Part shown: positions 34,622-43,286 of the stretch, piece after piece
Layout of the letters: every line of letters starts with the position of its first letter
How positions within the stretch are numbered: position 1 is the stretch's first letter
DNA from: a virus
Lineage: Duplodnaviria; Caudoviricetes
Virus record (IMG/VR): IMGVR_UViG_3300033407_000006
Coordinates: 10,877-74,876 of that record
Strand: one strand, 5' to 3'
Length of the DNA stretch: 64,000 bases
Translations under genes and position numbers: made by a program
The notes under the pieces: generated by a model
What the model was told of the DNA's origin: nothing
The model's input: the letters and a program-made list of their open reading frames with translations, nothing else
Database searches by the model: none

Positions 34622-34957
34622 ATGTCGGATGTTTTGGCCGTTATCGACCGGATGAAGCGAGCCCTTGGCGTTGATACGGACTCGCAAATGCTCGAAACCC
34701 TTAAACTTTCTTCCGGGGCTGCGGCTCAGTGGAAAAAGAGGGGGAAAGTCCCGAGGCCTTACGTCCAGCTCGTCAGCGAGCGCACAGGCTACCGAGAGCA
34801 ATGGATCGAAACAGGTAGCGGCGAGGTCCGGTTTGAGCGCAAAAAAAGGGCGCTGGATTCGCTGCCGAAGGGGCGGGCCACCAACGCTTGCGCCATGATG
34901 TTTAAAAGGTTTAAGGGCCGGACGAAAAGCCTAAGACGAAACACGGATTACCACTAA
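34622..34957 (+). CDS. CI-like repressor (HTH only, no peptidase domain)
   Basis: VIDRMKRALGVDTDSQMLETLKLSSGAAAQWKKRGKVP...WIETGSG. Confidence 0.75.
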   Translation: MSDVLAVIDRMKRALGVDTDSQMLETLKLSSGAAAQWKKRGKVPRPYVQLVSERTGYREQWIETGSGEVRFERKKRALDSLPKGRATNACAMMFKRFKGRTKSLRRNTDYH

Positions 34958-35016
34958 GGTAAGAGTCGCAAGACATTAACCATTGATTCGTAAGTGAAAA
35001 TCAGCTCGATTCGTTT

Positions 35017-35062
35017 ACTGAAAATCCTCGTGTCGGCGGTTCGATTCCGTCTCTGGGCACCA
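35017..35062 (+). other. attP-like core: 3' half of tRNA-Phe(GAA)
   Basis: ACTGAAAATCCTCGTGTCGGCGGTTCGATTCCGTCTCTGGGCACCA (anticodon loop, T-arm, CCA). No D-arm or 5' acceptor strand upstream. Confidence 0.85.
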
Positions 35063-35067
35063 AAAAC

Positions 35068-35103
35068 AAAGGGATTCCGGCCGCTTGTCGGAATCCCTTT
35101 TTC
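35068..35103 (+). terminator. Intrinsic terminator after the tRNA fragment
   Basis: AAAGGGATTCCG...CGGAATCCCTTTTT. Confidence 0.8.
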
Positions 35104-35139
35104 TTCGCCCTCGCCTATGGCTTACCACGGCTTACCACT

Positions 35140-35673
35140 TCAGCCGATGCGCTGATACAGGTCGATTACCGGCTGATCCGCCGTCACCAACTGGTTCGGA
35201 AAGGCCTTGCTCGAAAGCGTGTAGCAGCCGCCGCGCACCACGTCGAACGTGGCGACTCCGCCAGCGTCCGTCGTCACCTCGAATTTGCCGGGATGCAGCA
35301 CGGACGCCGCCGCCAGGGTCGGATGGTCCTGGAGCGTCACGGCGATCTTGACCCCGGCAGCCGGGGCACCGCTGATGTGCCGCACCGTGACGGTCAAGGT
35401 CGAAAGATCCGGGTCCGCCGGGGCTGGAACGATCCCCCTCGAATCTCCTTCGACCTCCACGGCACCGACGACGCGCACGAACGACAGCCAGGAGTATTGA
35501 GCCGGGTCGGCGGCGGCTTCGGCGAGGATTTTTTTTCCCGCGCCGTCATCTGGCAGGGCATCAACGTCGGTGTCCGTGCCGACAATAGATCGTGCGCCGT
35601 CCGCCGTGGCGCTTTGCCGCAGCCGGACGAACAGCCCGGCCTCTGCCGGGGGAGTGAATTTGAACGTGAGCAT
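35140..35673 (-). CDS. Virion-associated hypothetical protein (Ig/CarboxypepD-reg-like C-terminus)
   Basis: TLTVTVR...G.PAAGV.I...VTTDAGGVATF. Confidence 0.6.
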   Translation of the reverse strand: MLTFKFTPPAEAGLFVRLRQSATADGARSIVGTDTDVDALPDDGAGKKILAEAAADPAQYSWLSFVRVVGAVEVEGDSRGIVPAPADPDLSTLTVTVRHISGAPAAGVKIAVTLQDHPTLAAASVLHPGKFEVTTDAGGVATFDVVRGGCYTLSSKAFPNQLVTADQPVIDLYQRIG

Positions 35674-35682
35674 TTGCAGCCC

Positions 35683-35865
35683 CTATCCGTATACGAGGTT
35701 TTCAACGGGCGGAACGGTCAGAATCTCAAGCCCCTGGGGCGTCTCCGGCGATGCTTGTGCGGACCCCGAGAGCGTTCCGGTCAACTCATCAAAGTCGCCA
35801 TAGACGACGCCGGACTGAACGGCGCTTTCCTGCGGATAATTGCCCACAAAGCCGACGGAAAACAT
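35683..35865 (-). CDS. Hypothetical protein
   Basis: 60 aa, coupled to upstream stop. Confidence 0.5.
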   Translation of the reverse strand: MFSVGFVGNYPQESAVQSGVVYGDFDELTGTLSGSAQASPETPQGLEILTVPPVENLVYG

Positions 35866-36311
35866 TATTCGACGTTCCTCTTCAGGTGCGGCGACAGCAG
35901 CAGGTCGCGGGGCGTGATCCGGCTCAGGCTACCAAAATTGAGCAGCCCAGGTAAAGCATGCGCAGCCAGCTCCGAACAGACCCAAGCCGAAGGATCTTGC
36001 CAGTGCCGATGGAAAAACAGAAACCCGCCAATCCAGCGGACATCGTAGGGGCGTCCGATCTGCCGATTCGCCCTTTTAAATGCTTCTTCGCGCTGCTGTT
36101 CGGGTAAATCGATCCGATACCGCTCCACCCTTGTTCCGGGCGAAAACGTCCGGTCAAACCGGCGGACCACGCCATAGGGCCAAAGGGATTCGATCATGCT
36201 CCCGTCTGAGAGTTCAAGCAAAACATGGGATGACCAATGGATCGTTGCGAGCCTGATTGCCACGGCTCCGATCTCGCGGCTTCCGATGAAAATCAAGTTC
36301 TCGACTCTCAT
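35865..36311 (-). CDS. Permuted papain-like amidase (YiiX/YaeF-like)
   Basis: WSSHV His near N-terminus, QIGRPYD, WVCSEL Cys near C-terminus. Confidence 0.8.
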   Translation of the reverse strand: MRVENLIFIGSREIGAVAIRLATIHWSSHVLLELSDGSMIESLWPYGVVRRFDRTFSPGTRVERYRIDLPEQQREEAFKRANRQIGRPYDVRWIGGFLFFHRHWQDPSAWVCSELAAHALPGLLNFGSLSRITPRDLLLSPHLKRNVE

Positions 36312-36952
36312 GGTCTCAGTGCCTCCAGTGCGGCAAGCGCCGTTTCCCTGGCAGTATCCATGTCGGCCTTGTCCTGCGCGGCTGCAACGGCGATTTTGCC
36401 GCTTCTGCGGTACAGTTCGATCTGCGCTGCAAGCTGAACCCATTGATCCCTCTGGGCAAGAATGATGTCACAAGCTACTTGGCCTGTAACGCCTTGGGTA
36501 GTAGCCTCTGCGTTCACCATAGGGTAGCTGGCAATTTCCGCTTCAGGATACCCTGTGGACTTGAAAGCCTCGCACTGGGCTTCCTTGATTTGGTAGGTTA
36601 CTTCCTGCCCCGGAGACACGGTAATATATATACTACGAATCTCACCTGCTTTAGCATCAATCTCTTGAGAGGCTGCTGCTTTGAGCGTTAGAAGCTCTTC
36701 TGGTGTAGGCTCCGGTATGAGCACCGCAGGCACTCTCAGGATATGGCCCTCGACGATACCGTCCTCGATGCTGCCCCGCTGCTCACCTGCTGCCGGGGTG
36801 TCGTGCTGCACCTCGTAGATGCGGCGCTCGATGAGTCCGGCAGGGGTGAGGCGTCCGGGCTGTGTGCCCCAGGCTTGAGTCGTGGTGGAGCATCTTTTGG
36901 TTTCGATGTTGGTCGTTGCCGGATAGCCCGGCAGGTATGCGTAGGTTTTCAT
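36308..36952 (-). CDS. Tail fibre assembly/chaperone-like protein
   Basis: EIDAKAGEIR...GQEVTYQIKEAQ, follows fibre genes. Confidence 0.65.
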   Translation of the reverse strand: MKTYAYLPGYPATTNIETKRCSTTTQAWGTQPGRLTPAGLIERRIYEVQHDTPAAGEQRGSIEDGIVEGHILRVPAVLIPEPTPEELLTLKAAASQEIDAKAGEIRSIYITVSPGQEVTYQIKEAQCEAFKSTGYPEAEIASYPMVNAEATTQGVTGQVACDIILAQRDQWVQLAAQIELYRRSGKIAVAAAQDKADMDTARETALAALEALRP

Positions 36953-36955
36953 TTA

Positions 36956-37561
36956 CTATACCGCTCCTTTCGGCCACCCTGGAATAAACCCCTCAATTGG
37001 GTACTTTAGGGGGGTTGCTCCTGCATTCACTCTCAGCCCCAACCCACCCAAGTAAAGCGAGATAGCCGGGCTGAAGTATCTATTCGTCATAGTAGTCCAA
37101 GTTTCAGTGAACGACAATGTTCCGTTTATGTAGGCATGGTATGCAATAGCGGCCAAGTCTATACCTATTGTCAGGGTATCCCCAACCTGTGCAATTGGCC
37201 TATTTCTATATTGTGCACCGTTATAATAAAATCTACCTGCGTGTACCATCCACGACCCGTTAGGGTATTTCCTTTGGTGATCATCGTAGTTACCAAAAAA
37301 GACGCCATACTCCCCTACTCCCACCATGCAAGCATTAGTGTCTAGCAGCTCAACCTCGAAAATCATTTTTCCGGGGTTATTTTGTGGTGTGTATATGTCA
37401 TCTGCAAACGCAGTTGCCCACCCATCCGGAGCGAGCTTTGTCAGCATTAAACCGCTTTCTGATACCGTGATATTTGGGCTTTTTATTGTCGTAAAGACAG
37501 TACCATCTATACCTTGTGCCACCTGCGGCCTATGCACCCGTCTCAATCCACAAGCCTTCAT
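36956..37561 (-). CDS. SPRY/B30.2-like domain protein
   Basis: GKMIFEV, MVGV, GDTLTIGIDL...YING, YFSPAIS, low GC. Confidence 0.7.
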   Translation of the reverse strand: MKACGLRRVHRPQVAQGIDGTVFTTIKSPNITVSESGLMLTKLAPDGWATAFADDIYTPQNNPGKMIFEVELLDTNACMVGVGEYGVFFGNYDDHQRKYPNGSWMVHAGRFYYNGAQYRNRPIAQVGDTLTIGIDLAAIAYHAYINGTLSFTETWTTMTNRYFSPAISLYLGGLGLRVNAGATPLKYPIEGFIPGWPKGAV

Positions 37562-39996
37562 GGCGCGGCCACCTGCACCAGATATGGCTGGTCCACAATC
37601 GACCAGTAGGCGCTCCCAGCAATCCTCGCCCAGCTCACCACCTCCGTCTCCCCTGCTGCCGTAGCAGCCCATTCAGACGGGGCCTCGATGTTCGCGGTGT
37701 TGATTCCAATAGCATGAGGTCCGCCTGTGTGAGTGATTGACACCACCACCTGTATTTCCTCTCCGGCACTCAGGGAGTCCAGAATGTCATTGATGGTAAA
37801 TGCTCCATTGGCGTCTATATGCACCCTGGCAGCTTTGCCTGTTGCTGCGCCGGTTGCGTCGATATCAATACTGCCCGTTGGGTTAGCGATGGTCTGAAAC
37901 TCCCATTTGGGGCTGCGAAAGAGGGCATTCAGCACGGCTGATTTTATAGCCTGCCAAACCCGCACAACGCTCCAACTCCGCAGTGCAACCTCCGTCCCGG
38001 CCTCGGCTTCTCCTTGCGTTACCGCAGTAGGGTTAGCCTCGGCATTGCTAGGAGCATGGGCTGATTGGCTGTGCGCCAGGGCCGCAGCCAAGTCAGCCGC
38101 CTCCTGAACCGTCAGGAATGAGCTTGGCTTGCCGGTGATGTTGCTCCAATCGACGACGATATCCAGCCCTTCCTGTTCGCTGAGCTTCACCCAGGACGGA
38201 TTCACCCAGCGGTAAATCGCCCATCCGCTATCCACGGTCGCGTCGGCGCTGGCATCGGCAACAAACACATGTGGGTACTGCGCCCCGTCCAGCAAATCTC
38301 TGGCGGCGATGTCGAGGACACCCAGGGCGGGCTGGCGGGACTCGGGCGGCAGTTGGGAAAGCGGAACCAAGCCGCCCACCAGATCCGCCTTTGCATTCAA
38401 GGCCGCCTGCTGCGCCGTCGATACCGGCTTGTCCGCGTCCGCCGTGTTGTCCACGTTGCCGAGGCCGATATCGGCCTTTGTCGTGCCATGCGGGTTTCCG
38501 GTCACGTCCCGGTGCGCGTTGTTGGCGGTGATGTCGGCCTGCTCCTGCGACGTGGTGCCGTGCTGCGTCCCTGCGAGGTGCGCCGCAACGGCCCCTTGCG
38601 CCTCGAAAGCTCCCCGGCTCCCGTCCGCGAGGGCGTATTGCGGGTGATCATCGTCAGTCAGCCCCGTAGAGCTGCCATGGTCCTGTTGGGCGGACTGCGT
38701 GATGCTGGCCCGGCTTCCGACGACCTTGACCAGCCGGACAATCGCCGCCCGGATGCTGTTGGTGTAGGCTTGGGGAGCGTTTGCGTTACGGCGCAGCGTC
38801 ACCTGAGCAATCGGGGCCATTTCCTGAAACGGCAATTCATCCCAGGTGATGTTTGCCACCGTCTCGGCATGAGCGGCCTCCGGTGTTGCGAAAACCTGTT
38901 GCCCAGGAACGATGACGATTTGCCGGGTTGCTGCTGGCGTCGGGGTAATGGCCGTCGTCGGCAGGGCCGGGAGGGCGAAAACAAAGACGTTGCAGTAATT
39001 GTCTTCAGGCACGGCGGTGCGCTGCCAGGTCGCGCCCGTGAACTGGTTGTACTGAAGCAGGTTCCCGCTGTAAAGACAGGGCAATGCCTGATTCGGCGTG
39101 AGAATCCAGGTGCCGTCCGCCCCGGCCCGCTCGGCCAGCATGTAGGGGCCACCCACCGGCAGCGCCTCGGTGACAACCGAGATGTCTTCGTCCACCACCG
39201 TTCCAGAGGCCACGGCAAACGTCAGCGCCGCGTCGCTGGCTCCGTCGTCAAGGACGTACCCACTGACGCCGAAACCCTCGTAGCTCATGGTCCCGTCAAG
39301 CAGGTGCAGGCGTTGATGCAGCCATACGTCGCGCCCGGCATGGTGCAGCTCGAAGAAGGGGATCGCCACCGAGTTCGTCATGCACCACATGACGTAGGAG
39401 ACCGGCGCGGTCTGAGGCAGATACCAGACGGATTGAGATGTCACCAGCGACCCTGTGTTGTCCACATAGATGAAGTGTCCGCCCTGCGTCGCCGGGTGCT
39501 GAATGGATCGCGCCCCGGTAAAGACATACTCCGTGCCGTCCACGAAGACGCTGAAGGTCGCTCCCGTGGGCGTAATGGTCAGCGTTCGAGTCGTTTCGTT
39601 GTAGTTCAGCGAGACGAAATAGTTGCCCTCGGCATCCGCCGGGAAGCCGCTCAACCTCGCCCGTGCTGAAATGGCCGCAGCCGTCGCTGCCGCGTCGGCT
39701 TTGTCCGCCGGGTCGATATGGGTCTGGTATTTCAGCCAAATTCCGGCCCCGCCGTTGTACGCGGCATCCGCAGGAAGCCCGCCGATCCGCAGGTGATAGA
39801 CGCCGGTGTCCGCCCGGTGAAAAAGCTCGCCGTCCTCCGGGGCCGGATACGGATTCGGCAGCGGGTTGCCGTCCACGTCGGCAATGGCCGCCAGGGTGCC
39901 CGTGTTGGTCCCGTGGTCAAAGCCTTGCGCCTCGTAGACGGCAATGCTTGTCCCGGCTGGAAACGGCGCGATGCGGACGTTCTGCGCGGCTTCCAT
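37558..39996 (-). CDS. Tail fibre protein 2 (812 aa)
   Basis: N-terminus shared with the 40730-41833 fibre, NPHGTTKADIGLGNVDNTADADKPVSTAQQAAL fibre motif. Confidence 0.85.
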   Translation of the reverse strand: MEAAQNVRIAPFPAGTSIAVYEAQGFDHGTNTGTLAAIADVDGNPLPNPYPAPEDGELFHRADTGVYHLRIGGLPADAAYNGGAGIWLKYQTHIDPADKADAAATAAAISARARLSGFPADAEGNYFVSLNYNETTRTLTITPTGATFSVFVDGTEYVFTGARSIQHPATQGGHFIYVDNTGSLVTSQSVWYLPQTAPVSYVMWCMTNSVAIPFFELHHAGRDVWLHQRLHLLDGTMSYEGFGVSGYVLDDGASDAALTFAVASGTVVDEDISVVTEALPVGGPYMLAERAGADGTWILTPNQALPCLYSGNLLQYNQFTGATWQRTAVPEDNYCNVFVFALPALPTTAITPTPAATRQIVIVPGQQVFATPEAAHAETVANITWDELPFQEMAPIAQVTLRRNANAPQAYTNSIRAAIVRLVKVVGSRASITQSAQQDHGSSTGLTDDDHPQYALADGSRGAFEAQGAVAAHLAGTQHGTTSQEQADITANNAHRDVTGNPHGTTKADIGLGNVDNTADADKPVSTAQQAALNAKADLVGGLVPLSQLPPESRQPALGVLDIAARDLLDGAQYPHVFVADASADATVDSGWAIYRWVNPSWVKLSEQEGLDIVVDWSNITGKPSSFLTVQEAADLAAALAHSQSAHAPSNAEANPTAVTQGEAEAGTEVALRSWSVVRVWQAIKSAVLNALFRSPKWEFQTIANPTGSIDIDATGAATGKAARVHIDANGAFTINDILDSLSAGEEIQVVVSITHTGGPHAIGINTANIEAPSEWAATAAGETEVVSWARIAGSAYWSIVDQPYLVQVAAP

Positions 39997-40727
39997 CAGG
40001 CAAAGGCTCCTGCGACAAGGGCGTCAATTTCTTCCCTTGTGGCCGTTTCCGGCAGAGCCGCAAGGGCATCAAGCGCGGCCTGCTGTTTGCCGAGAATCGC
40101 CCCGGAAGCGGCCTTGAAGGCGTTCGCGTTCGCCAAGATCTTCCCGGCAAGTTCGGCCTTGGAGATGCCGCGCCCGGCGGCGAGAGCGTCAAGCATCGGC
40201 GTCTCAGCGGAAGGGTCGGCAAGGTGCGCCCTGGCCTCTGCCTGCTGATCGGCCCAGGTCTCGCGCTCTTCGGGGCGATAGGGGGTTGCCAGCGCCTTCA
40301 GCCGATTTGCCCCTTCGCCACGGACGCGCTTTTTTGCGAGTTCGAGCAGTTGGGCCACGGTCAGCGGATCGGGATAAACAGCAACGGGAAAGCCGTTTTC
40401 ATCGGGCTGAATCGTCGCGCCGAGACTTTGCTCTTTCAGAATCTCCGCATGCCGTTCTTCGGTGATCTCTACGGCGTCATCCGGGATCGATGAGGCCAGA
40501 TTCGGGATATCCACCGTGGGCGGCTGAACGGAAAAGTCCGGGACGGAAACCGTGACGGTCTCTTCCGTGTCGTTGCGGCGCTCTTCACCGTGGACCGTGA
40601 CGGCCTCCCCAGGCTCCAAGCTGAACTCCACCATGGGCCTTACCCAATCAGGATCTTGGACCGTGAGCTTTTTCGCGCCATGGATGTCGTCTCGATAAAA
40701 CCCAGCCTTGTAATAGATTTTTCCCAT
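39996..40727 (-). CDS. Tail fibre assembly chaperone
   Basis: KIYY...GFY..DIHG, DAVEIT.E.H, Y...ERETWADQQAEA...PML..LA..RG. Confidence 0.8.
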   Translation of the reverse strand: MGKIYYKAGFYRDDIHGAKKLTVQDPDWVRPMVEFSLEPGEAVTVHGEERRNDTEETVTVSVPDFSVQPPTVDIPNLASSIPDDAVEITEERHAEILKEQSLGATIQPDENGFPVAVYPDPLTVAQLLELAKKRVRGEGANRLKALATPYRPEERETWADQQAEARAHLADPSAETPMLDALAAGRGISKAELAGKILANANAFKAASGAILGKQQAALDALAALPETATREEIDALVAGAFA

Positions 40728-40729
40728 CG

Positions 40730-41833
40730 CTATCTCCCTATCGCAAGCCAGAAAAAACCGTAGCCGGTCTTGTCGGAGTCCGCATTTGCGTCATGGACTT
40801 TGTAAGTGAAGCTGGCAAGGTCGTTGTTGGCAAAATCGACTACCTCGGTGAACGTGTCCCAGTTGACGGTTGAGGCAGTCCGCTTGTTGGTGATCTGGAT
40901 ATTGTCGCAGGAGGCCGTAAATTGAACGGGGAAGTTGATGGTCGCGTCATAGAAATCGGAGAACTCGCCGATAGTGACGAACCCCCACTGGATGATCGTC
41001 CTGGCGTCAGGCAAGCCAAACCCTGCCGGGAGGATCTGGTATCCGCTTGTTCCGCCGTGGACGCTGTGGAATGCGGCGCTGTATCGGTGCAGAACGCTCC
41101 CGCCCGTCAATGCCCATGCCGAACCCGTGAAGGTGAATGTCGCGGAATCCCCGATCTCCAGGATCACCCCGCTGGTAACTCCGCTGTCCGGAGGGACCAG
41201 CATGTTCGATCCGGTCAGTTGCAGGTAGTCGCTTCCGTGGTTGACCACTTCAATTTTTTGCCCGGCGGACAAGGACGCCGTTGGCGGCATGGCAACCGTG
41301 CTTGCAGAGTCTATGGCTACCCGGACGGTTTTGCCGACGTGCGTTGCGTCCAGGTCGCCTCCGCTGGTTTTGGTGACGTACCCGCTACGCAGACCCACGG
41401 CGGAAACGGCTCCGGGCAAAACAGCCGGGGTCATTACCCTGGCCGCGTCCGTCAGTGCGTTGGCCTCGGCTTGGGTCGCCAGTTCCACCACGCCCGCCGC
41501 TTCCGTCGTGGCCGCGCCCGCTGCCGCAGGAATATCCGCCGGGTCGAAGTGGGTCACGAAGAGCATCCAGGCACCAGCCCCGCCGTTATAGGCGTTGTCC
41601 GCCGCGCTGCCGCTTCCGCCGATCCGCAGATGGTAGATGCCCGAGGCGGCCCGGTGAAAAAACTCGCTGTAGGCCGTCGTTGCGTAAGGGTTCGCCAGGG
41701 CGTTGCCGCTGGCGTCGAAGATGCTGGAGAGCGTTCCCGTCTTGGTTCCCAGGTTGAAGCCCGCGCTATTGTAGACCGCGACGGTAACGCCAGCAGGGAA
41801 AGGCGGGACGCGAAGGTTCTGAATCGCTTCCAT
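40730..41833 (-). CDS. Tail fibre protein 1 (367 aa)
   Basis: AGVVELATQAE, C-terminal IIQWG...INFP..F...FFWLAIG. Confidence 0.85.
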   Translation of the reverse strand: MEAIQNLRVPPFPAGVTVAVYNSAGFNLGTKTGTLSSIFDASGNALANPYATTAYSEFFHRAASGIYHLRIGGSGSAADNAYNGGAGAWMLFVTHFDPADIPAAAGAATTEAAGVVELATQAEANALTDAARVMTPAVLPGAVSAVGLRSGYVTKTSGGDLDATHVGKTVRVAIDSASTVAMPPTASLSAGQKIEVVNHGSDYLQLTGSNMLVPPDSGVTSGVILEIGDSATFTFTGSAWALTGGSVLHRYSAAFHSVHGGTSGYQILPAGFGLPDARTIIQWGFVTIGEFSDFYDATINFPVQFTASCDNIQITNKRTASTVNWDTFTEVVDFANNDLASFTYKVHDANADSDKTGYGFFWLAIGR

Positions 41834-41847
41834 GGTTGGTCCTTGTG

Positions 41848-42126
41848 TCAGCAGTTGTTTTTAAGTTCGCACTTTGTCTCGACTTTTTTTAGACGTTCCC
41901 GGAGATCGCTGTTTTCGTCTTTGAGCGTGTCAATGCGGGCATGGAGTTTCGCGTTTTCCGCTTCCATTTTTTTCATCGACCGTTCGACCACTTCACCATG
42001 CTCATCGATGGTCCGCTCAAGCCGTTTGAAGTAGTCTTTCCAGGACTTAAAAAGCAGCCCGACGGCGGCAACGAACAAGGCCAAAAGGATATCAGTGTGC
42101 TCTGTCAGGCTCCCCGGATTCGTCAT
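41848..42126 (-). CDS. Small membrane/coiled-coil lysis-region protein
   Basis: One TM segment followed by a coiled coil. Confidence 0.55.
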   Translation of the reverse strand: MTNPGSLTEHTDILLALFVAAVGLLFKSWKDYFKRLERTIDEHGEVVERSMKKMEAENAKLHARIDTLKDENSDLRERLKKVETKCELKNNC

Positions 42127-42343
42127 TGGTCGCGTCCTTCTCTAGTTTTTGAAGTCTTTCTTTCCGACGCGCCAAAGTCTCTTCCCGTTTTTTACAGAGG
42201 CGGCGCAAGTCCCACCATGCTTTCGCCATCAACGCAACAAGCATGATCCCGATTACGATAACCAAGGGAACGCCTAAGTAACAAAAAACGCAGGCGAGAC
42301 AAGCAGAACCGGCGGTATGAGGGTCAGGTAGTGTGCTAATCAC
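42092..42343 (-). CDS. Small membrane protein
   Basis: One long hydrophobic helix, basic C-terminus. Confidence 0.5.
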   Translation of the reverse strand: MISTLPDPHTAGSACLACVFCYLGVPLVIVIGIMLVALMAKAWWDLRRLCKKREETLARRKERLQKLEKDATNDESGEPDRAH

Positions 42344-42828
42344 TTACCGCCCCCTTTGCTCTCCATGAGCTTGATGATCAGCGGCATGACGTTTTTTACG
42401 GCCCGCTCACCAAAGAGGAAGCCCAGGACCAGGATATTGATGATGATCAAAGCGTTCTCTTGCTTCACGGTAAACGTGCCACCGGAAAAGAACCATTGGC
42501 AGTCAATCCAGAAAGTTCCGAACCCCCACACAATGCGCTGAGAGCCCCGAAAAAACAGCATCAGCGGCCCGAAGAACCTGATCTCCTTTAGGTCGGAAGC
42601 CGTTCCCTCCATCTCTTTTGTCCGGTCGTTGAACTGCGCCGTAGCCTCATTGACGAGTTGCTGTGTCTGCAAATCCCTGGCGGCTTCGGCGTCCTTGATC
42701 TTGATGGACAACTCCGCTTTTTCTTTTTCGGTCATGGACGGGGGGAAGTATTTCGTCACCGTGTCCACGATGGAACTCCCGCCGCCCAGGAAAGATGTGA
42801 CGGCCTTCCCGATACTCAAAATATCCAT
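42340..42828 (-). CDS. Holin-like protein (3TM/GTA-holin-like)
   Basis: TEKEKAELSIKI...SQRIVWG, VLGFLFGERAVK. Confidence 0.7.
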   Translation of the reverse strand: MDILSIGKAVTSFLGGGSSIVDTVTKYFPPSMTEKEKAELSIKIKDAEAARDLQTQQLVNEATAQFNDRTKEMEGTASDLKEIRFFGPLMLFFRGSQRIVWGFGTFWIDCQWFFSGGTFTVKQENALIIINILVLGFLFGERAVKNVMPLIIKLMESKGGGK

Positions 42829-42832
42829 GGTG

Positions 42833-43279
42833 CTACGCCTCCACGATTTCGATAGTGACTTCTTCGCCGCGCTCCAGCAGGGCCAAAGCTGCCAGTTGGT
42901 AGAGTTCGGTGTAGGCCTCCACGGAACGCCCGACGGAAAACTCGTTGTCCGTGCAGATCCCCGTGAAGCCCACCAGCAAACAGCCCTCGGTATGCTTTTC
43001 GGTGTTCCCGATATGCAGATAGATGTACTCGAAACCCGGCACGTCGCGCAGCCAGAGCATGCCCTTGTGAAACGGAAACCGCTCGGCGTATTTCTGCGTC
43101 ATGCCGCCTTCGGTTCTCAGCGTGATTCGGTACGTCCCGGCGGGGATGCGGGTCTCCCCGGCCACCTTCACGGCCCGCGCCTCATCCTCGCAGACGTGGC
43201 AGAAGAAAACGCCGTTGACGAACAGGAGCGATCCGGTTGAGTTCTTGCCGTGTCCGTAGCGGTAGAGCCTCAGTTTCAT
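42833..43279 (-). CDS. DUF5675-family putative endolysin
   Basis: STGS.LFVNG...GETRIPAGTY...LHIGN....TEGCLLVG, next to the holin. Confidence 0.75.
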   Translation of the reverse strand: MKLRLYRYGHGKNSTGSLLFVNGVFFCHVCEDEARAVKVAGETRIPAGTYRITLRTEGGMTQKYAERFPFHKGMLWLRDVPGFEYIYLHIGNTEKHTEGCLLVGFTGICTDNEFSVGRSVEAYTELYQLAALALLERGEEVTIEIVEA

Positions 43280-43286
43280 GGCGGCC

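Noticed and set aside
34860-34900. QRLRHDV in an alternative frame as an integrase remnant
   Set aside because: The match to HxLRH is too short, in a closed frame and without other catalytic motifs.
34990-35062. Complete tRNA-Phe gene
   Set aside because: The D-arm and 5' acceptor strand are missing, so only the 3' half is present.
40371-40380. Fourth TGTTTATC motif
   Set aside because: It lies inside a coding region with no -10 element at 17-18 nt.
36308-41833. Diversity-generating retroelement or invertible fibre locus
   Set aside because: No reverse transcriptase, TR/VR pair, invertase or inverted crossover sites were seen.
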